Part shown: in pieces, positions 57,457 through 64,000 of the stretch
Layout: every line of letters starts with the position of its first letter
How positions within the stretch are numbered: position 1 is the stretch's first letter
Assembly (NCBI GenBank): GCA_951406725.2
Contig: OX597824.1
Coordinates: 27,776,001-27,840,000 of the forward strand
Origin: Octopus vulgaris
Lineage: Eukaryota
DNA length: 64,000 nt
Direction of reading: 5' to 3'
Notes under the pieces: model-generated
What the model was told of the DNA's origin: nothing
The model's input: only the letters and a program-made list of their open reading frames with translations
Databases searched by the model: none
Translations under genes and position numbers: made by a program

Positions 57457-58007
57457 GCCCTGATGCAGTACTTTCAGTGGCTCTCATGATTTCTCATCTT
57501 AACTGATCGGAAGTGTCATCATGTACATTGTTTTGTCTTGGTATAAAAGATGGGATACAGCAATAATTCTGCTCAATACCACAGATTTGCTTGTCAGTTG
57601 TTTGACCTTAATCAGTTGAGCCTGTCCCTTAGTGGCTGACAATATGTGTGTCTCTGATCACGAGGAGAAGTAGTGGAGGAGCATCATAGCCATGTGTTGA
57701 GAGGGATTCTTTGGGGTTTGAATAATTTACCTATGGAAAAATGGGTGTTTCGTTCAACATCCTTAAACAACCCTTATTCAGGGACTTTTGAGTGGGATGG
57801 GTTACTCGAACAGAAGAAAATTCTAACTGGGCCCCACCTGCAAAGTCATGTGCTGTTTATCTTGATATGAGATCACCATGTCGCGCACATATGGTTGTGA
57901 TGCATGTGCCTAGTGTACCCTTATCAGATGGGTAGTCATGTTGGGCATACTGGGCTTCGTATATTTTACCCAGTGTCATTTTGATGCCATGCACTGCTCT
58001 CTTACTC
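57457..58007 (+). mobile_element. Non-coding (TAA)n-embedded element, family D, full length (~550 bp)
   Basis: gccctgatgcagtac...gcactgctctcttactc, with (AAT)n on both sides; homologous to 34575-35024. Confidence 0.8.
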
Positions 58008-58017
58008 AATAATATTA

Positions 58018-58078
<61 letters not shown>

Positions 58079-58096
58079 TGATGATGATGATGATCG

Positions 58097-58128
<32 letters not shown>

Positions 58129-58833
58129 AACAGCGCAAAGCATATAGAAATAAAATACCAATTACTGGTTTCGTTAAACACTCGAATCACAGAATTCTGC
58201 CTCTTTAGTTCTTGTAAAACATGGCCACTAATTTCGAGAAACTGCTTGCGTTTATAACCTCAAGTAAACCGAGGTAAATTTCATAATGTGTAAAAACTGC
58301 CCTTTTGTTATATACATATTTGCAATTCGTTATCACCTATGTGTTCTCTCCTTGACACACTCTCACCTGGTTTGTGCGAGCACTAACTGAACGCACCTGG
58401 GCCTTGTAACTAGATGTCCGATTATACACAACCTTCAGGGAAAGGATCTAGATGCAGAAGCTCCGTTGACTTCCCTTTCTGTTGACTGAATAGCATATCG
58501 CTAAAAAAGTTTGCAAGCATTAGAATGGGTTGTAATCCCTTGCAGAATAGCGGTCTTAATTACGAACATAACGTAAAATTACGGAGTTCATAATAAGAAC
58601 ATTGCTACAAATATATACTGCGCTGTATATGGGGAAATATTTAGATTAAGTCTTCTCCCGAGTCTTATATATTGCTGCGGATGGTGATGTACTGGGCAGA
58701 GAGCGTTGCCTCATTTCCTCTTAGTAAGCCCCATTGTACTGTCTACTATCACACAATAGTCGACATCATTTGTGAGTACACACACTACAAAGGTATTATG
58801 GCATTCTGATATATTTTATGTATTCCTTCCCAA

Positions 58834-58955
58834 GCGTGGCTGTATTGTAAGAAGCTTGCTTCCCAACCACATGGTTCTTGGTTCAGTCCCAGTTCGTTGC
58901 ACCTTGCACAAGTGTCTTCTACTATAACCCCGAGCCGACCAAACTAAGACACGTC

Positions 58956-59010
<55 letters not shown>

Positions 59011-59252
59011 ATTATATATATATATATGTGTGTGTGTGTGTTTGTGACTGTGTTTGTCCTCCCCCAGTCACCAGTTGACAACCGCTGTTGGTATGTTTAT
59101 GTCACCGTAAATTAGCGGCTCGGCACAAGAGACCGATAGAACAAATGCTAAGCTTAAAATAAATTAGTCCTGTGCTTGATTTTCCTCGACTAAAAGGTGA
59201 TGCTCCAGCATGATCGCAGTCACCTGACTGAAAAAAGTAAAGGAATGAAAGA
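58834..59252 (+). mobile_element. SINE family A, diverged
   Basis: gcgtggctgtattgtaagaagc...ggttcagtccc...gactgaaaaaagtaaa. Confidence 0.8.
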
Positions 59253-59989
59253 ATATATAATTTTTATGTACACAAACTTCATGAGGCCGAAATCAAGAAA
59301 TGTTTCACCACGTTGCACCAAGACTATCTGTCCCTAATGATCTTTTGTTATTCCTTCATATTTGCATGTATCTCTGACAACAACCTGAACATAAATGAAT
59401 GGTCACCTCTGAAGAAGCAGAGATCTCTGAAATAAAACACCTCGATTGGCTAGACAATAAATTTTGTCTGGCAAATACTAACCTGTATTGAGCATTAATA
59501 CTACGATAAAATACCGACAGAAAAGTATTTCCATTTCAATAGTAGGTGATGTGATGATCACCAGTATCTTTTGTGCTTTAAAAATATTTTCATGCAGAAA
59601 TATAGCTATACTATTTTTTCTTTTTTCATATTTTGGAAAAAATTCCGCTGAGACGTATCTGAATTTAAAACAAAGAAATCAATAGGAAAAATGTATTTGT
59701 TTTACGAAATGAAATTGATTTTTTTTTGTTCTATGTTTATTGTAGTCTGCAATCTAATATACGGTGATACACATTCAAGTTGGTGTTAATAGTATATGTC
59801 GATATTTATGTAAATTTCTCATACTTAATCTTGCAATTTCAAGATCCCTCGCTCAACATAGAAATTAAGGACAAAGGTGTGATGTTTTTCATGCTTTTGA
59901 GTGCATTTATTCGGTATAATTTCTTTTGAACTCATTAGCTGAAAGACTGGAATGACGGAACTTGTATAACCTGAAAAATATTTGATAGT

Positions 59990-60426
59990 GGCGCATGAGT
60001 GGCTGTGTGGTAGGTAGCTTGCTTACCAGCCACATGGTTCCGGGTTCAGCCCCAATGCGTGGCACCTTGGGCAAGTATCTTCTACTATAGCCTCGGGCCG
60101 ACCAAAGCCTTGTGAGTGGATGTGGTAGAGGGAAACTGAAAGAAGCCCGTCGTATATACGTATATATGTATATATGCATATGTATATATACATGTATATA
60201 TATATATGTATGTGTGTTTGTGTGTCTGTGTTTGCCATTACCACCCCAACATCGCTTGACAACCGATGCTGGTGTGATTATGTCTCCGTAACTTAGTGGT
60301 TCGGCAATAGAAACCGATAGAATAAATACTAGGCTTACAAAAAATAAGTCCTGGGGTCGATCTGTTCGACTAAAGACGGTGCTCCAGCATGGCCGCAGTC
60401 AGATGACTGAAACAAGTAAAAGAGTA
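59990..60426 (+). mobile_element. SINE family A, full length
   Basis: Complete head, body and tail. Confidence 0.9.
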
Positions 60427-60571
60427 GTGCATGCCACATACAAATCATAGTGCACAGTTGTCACGCATGTGTCTGCAAGAAAGTGTACATTCTGACACAA
60501 TCAGGCGTATCTCTTAGACATAAATACAAACACCTTGATGCCATTTGTGATCAGTCTACTGTCTGAGTGAA

Positions 60572-60892
60572 GGCACACTGCTCAGTTGTTAGACCGTCGG
60601 TTGCTCCAATCATGAAGTAGAGAGTTGGATTTCCGAACCAAACTGTGTTGCGTTCTTGAGCAAGATACTTTATTTCACGTCTCTCCAGTTCATTCAGCTG
60701 TAGAAATGTGTTGCAACGTCACAAATGTCAAGGTGTATCGGCCGTTGCGTTTCCCTTCGGTGACTTGGAGAGTGGAGGCAGGGATGCATGGGCGACTGCT
60801 AGTCTTCAAGAAACAGGTTTGCCCGGACTTGTGTATAGTAGGGGAACTCTCTAGGCGCAATCTCATGGTGATTCATGACCGAAGGGTCTTTA
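60572..60892 (+). mobile_element. Degenerate CORE-like SINE
   Basis: gctcagttgttag head; ttcttgagcaagatactttatttcacg..ccagttcattcagctgtagaaatg central domain. Confidence 0.5.
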
Positions 60893-61124
60893 CTATTAAC
60901 ATATGAATAACATGCTTTGATTGAAACTTGCACAGTTCTTACACAATCCTGGTAAATGATTCTCATGATATGTAAGATGTACACAAGAGACGTCTTCATA
61001 TTGTCCAGCATATAACAGCAGTCAATTTCACCTCAAAATGAAACAGTTGCAGGCACACACAAGAAGACTAAGCAGTCAGGAGTGTTTTTCTAAACTAGAT
61101 AAAACACATGGAAGACAATACTGA

Positions 61125-61188
<64 letters not shown>

Positions 61189-61514
61189 GTGCGAAAAAAA
61201 ATATCCCCGCATTTATGTATAACAAATTACGTAGATACATCGGTACATACAGATTATACTGTTGTCAGATAAACATAGCTCTCATCTTTTTCTCTGTCTC
61301 TCTATCTGTGTATATATTTATGTATATAAATATATATACACCACACACACACACAGAGACACACGCACATACACACACATATACACATACATGTACACAA
61401 TCACATACACTCGTATAATTACATTTTCATCACCATAGTACCAATTTCATAATGCTTCATAAATTATTCTTTTTTGTATCAAATAGAGGAGACGAACACA
61501 CATACATCCCCCCC

Positions 61515-61588
<74 letters not shown>

Positions 61589-61940
61589 ACAAACACACAC
61601 GAACACATATAGAGACTGGCATAGATACAGTGAGAGGGGGCAAGAGAGAAAGAAGCGGGAGAATGAAACAGAAATATAGATTGTGGAGACATACAAATAG
61701 ATTGGGCAAACGTTGTGTAAATGGAAAGACAAAAAAAGAAGTTAAACACATATATACAATATACACACTCTCTCTATATTTATGGGCTGTCTATACATAC
61801 CTATATACATACAAACATACATAAATACATACATACCTGGCAACGCATATATTGACGTAAGTTTTGCTAGTGCATTTACGTGTTCTTGTGCGCAAGCGGC
61901 TCAATATGAATAGTCGTATGTATGAATGTATGTATGTATG

Positions 61941-62049
<109 letters not shown>

Positions 62050-62194
62050 TATATATATGCATATACATACACATATAGGCTTCATATTGAAATGTGATAC
62101 TTTTTAATCATAGGTAAAATTAATTTCAATTTTATTTAATAAAAGAAATTTAATCTGAAACTTATTTAATAAAAGAACACAGTAATGGATTAAT

Positions 62195-62218
62195 ATTTAT
62201 TATTAGTAGTTATTACCA

Positions 62219-62280
<62 letters not shown>

Positions 62281-62290
62281 GTTATTGTTA

Positions 62291-62385
<95 letters not shown>

Positions 62386-62410
62386 GTGGTTGTTGTTGTT
62401 GTGTTGTTAG
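62195..62410. repeat. (TTA)n microsatellite
   Basis: ~200 bp. Confidence 0.95.
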
Positions 62411-62964
62411 AATTTAATCCAGCGAAGTCTTTATTTAATATAATCGCCGTCCAAGAATGGCGTCTGTTATGAGATTGACGACGCCATCATCAACGTTCCC
62501 ACCGATTCAACCACATCTTTGCAACACTTATTTCGTGTCTCTGTTTATATTTGATTGAAAAATATCAATTCCGTTCAACTTAACAATAATTTTAGATGTC
62601 GCTGTTGCCAAGTATTAGACAAAATAACACAATAGAATATATATATATATAGATAGATAGATATATATACACAAACGCTGAACATCCGTTATCCTGAAAC
62701 ATCAGTGATCAAAGTTGGTTCGAATTTATTTCAAGTTTACGTATAAGCTCGGACACGATGGGGGAATGCCAAATAGCCGAATGCATGGCAATTCCGAGAA
62801 TATGTTCGCATTGTAGTTGTCGTTGATGCTGATGTTGTGAAACCTGGAGTCCGCATTAGATGATCAGATCTATTATTGATATAGGTCTTTACGCAACCAT
62901 GTTATATTTTATTGAGATTACCCTGACCAATGACTTGATTACTAAATTTGCCCTTCCGTTTACG

Positions 62965-63425
62965 TTTGTTTTCCTTGTTTCAGTCATTAGAATACGTAAC
63001 GTCCATGCTGGGGCACAGTCCGTATGAGTTTTAAATCGAAGGAATTGACCCCGGTATTTTGTTTTAAAATCCAGTACTTATTCTGTCGGGCTGTTCTGCC
63101 GAACCGCTAACGTACGGAGACGTAAGCAGATCAACGCTGGTTGTCAAGTGGTTGTGGGAGACAAGCAAACGCAAAAAACATACATACATGTATACACACA
63201 CACACATACACACAGACACATATACTACGGGCTTCTTTCACGCATACAGTCACACACACACACATATATCTATGTATAGATATATAAGAGCAGCTTCTTT
63301 CAGCTTCCCTCTACAAAATCCACCCACAAGGCTTTGGTTGGTCATAAGCTATAGTAGACGACACTTGTTCAAGTTGCCAGACAGTGGGACTGAACGCAGA
63401 ACCTAATGGTTGCGAATAAGCTTCG
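62965..63425 (-). mobile_element. SINE family A, diverged
   Basis: ttgtttcagtcattag...gccgaaccgctaa...cagtgggactgaac. Confidence 0.8.
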
Positions 63426-64000
63426 CCTGTATATTTTCTTGAAATAGGGAGTTAGTGTCTTAAAGAGAACATTTAAAAACATCATATCGGTGATGACGTC
63501 ACTGTTGGGTGAAACGTTTGCTTCCTAACAACGTGGCATTTCCGGACTTAGGTATTTTAACATACACTTCATTCAAATACAGGCACATTTCGCAGCAATT
63601 ATATTTGAGTCATAACTAATGTAAAAGCATGCAATGAAAAACAGCATGTATGGGGACGTGTGTGTAGACAAGACAAACTTTTTTGTTTCCCTCTACGATG
63701 CCCGTACAAGACGCTTTTCAAACAGAGAAACGGCCTTGTACAAGACTTACTTCATTGAATGCCAAAGAGATGACAGGTTTCCTCCTAGAGAGATGTATAT
63801 ACAAGGATTAGGTATCTCTAAGTCTTGGCTGTTTGATGGCCATTGATTCTTCTGAGTTTATTCGCTGTTTCCCAGGTTTCGTTTTTCGTCCTGCAAGGTT
63901 TCCCACGAAAACAAACCTCCTTAACAAACAGACTCGGTAGTGTTGTGTGTAGACACTCACACATATGAATATGAACATGCATGTATAGACAGACCCCAAC

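Noticed and set aside
62458-62490. Short hairpin atggcgtc...gacgccat
   Set aside because: An 8-bp stem is expected by chance in 64 kb and is too short for a pre-miRNA.
63634-63846. 70-aa non-repetitive ORF
   Set aside because: No recognisable motif or convincing splice context; length is compatible with chance.

Overview
AT-rich animal (eukaryotic) DNA saturated with microsatellites ((TA)n, (CA)n, (TATG)n, (TATC)n, (TTA)n, (GAA)n, (GAT)n). The repeat repertoire resembles Octopus/coleoid cephalopod DNA; this is inferred from recalled SINE families, not from a search. No intact protein-coding gene is supportable, and almost all ORFs in the supplied track are translated microsatellites. The window reads as a large intron or gene desert. 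It holds many copies of at least three tRNA-headed SINE families, two decayed Tc1/mariner-superfamily transposons (mariner; DD37D/maT-like), two non-autonomous Helitrons, an RTE-clade LINE fragment with an inversion and L1/Tx1-like 3' ends in (GATA)n. The most interesting signals are three: (i) Penelope-type palindromic remnants carrying minimal hammerhead-ribozyme motifs, including a perfect 158-bp palindrome with a hammerhead on each strand; (ii) a (TAA)n array at 34.3-36.7 kb hit repeatedly, in one orientation, by three different R4/Dong-like RLE retrotransposon subfamilies plus a ~550-bp non-coding passenger element; (iii) one SINE head joined to four different 3' tails. All coordinates were read by eye, and diverged element boundaries are approximate.
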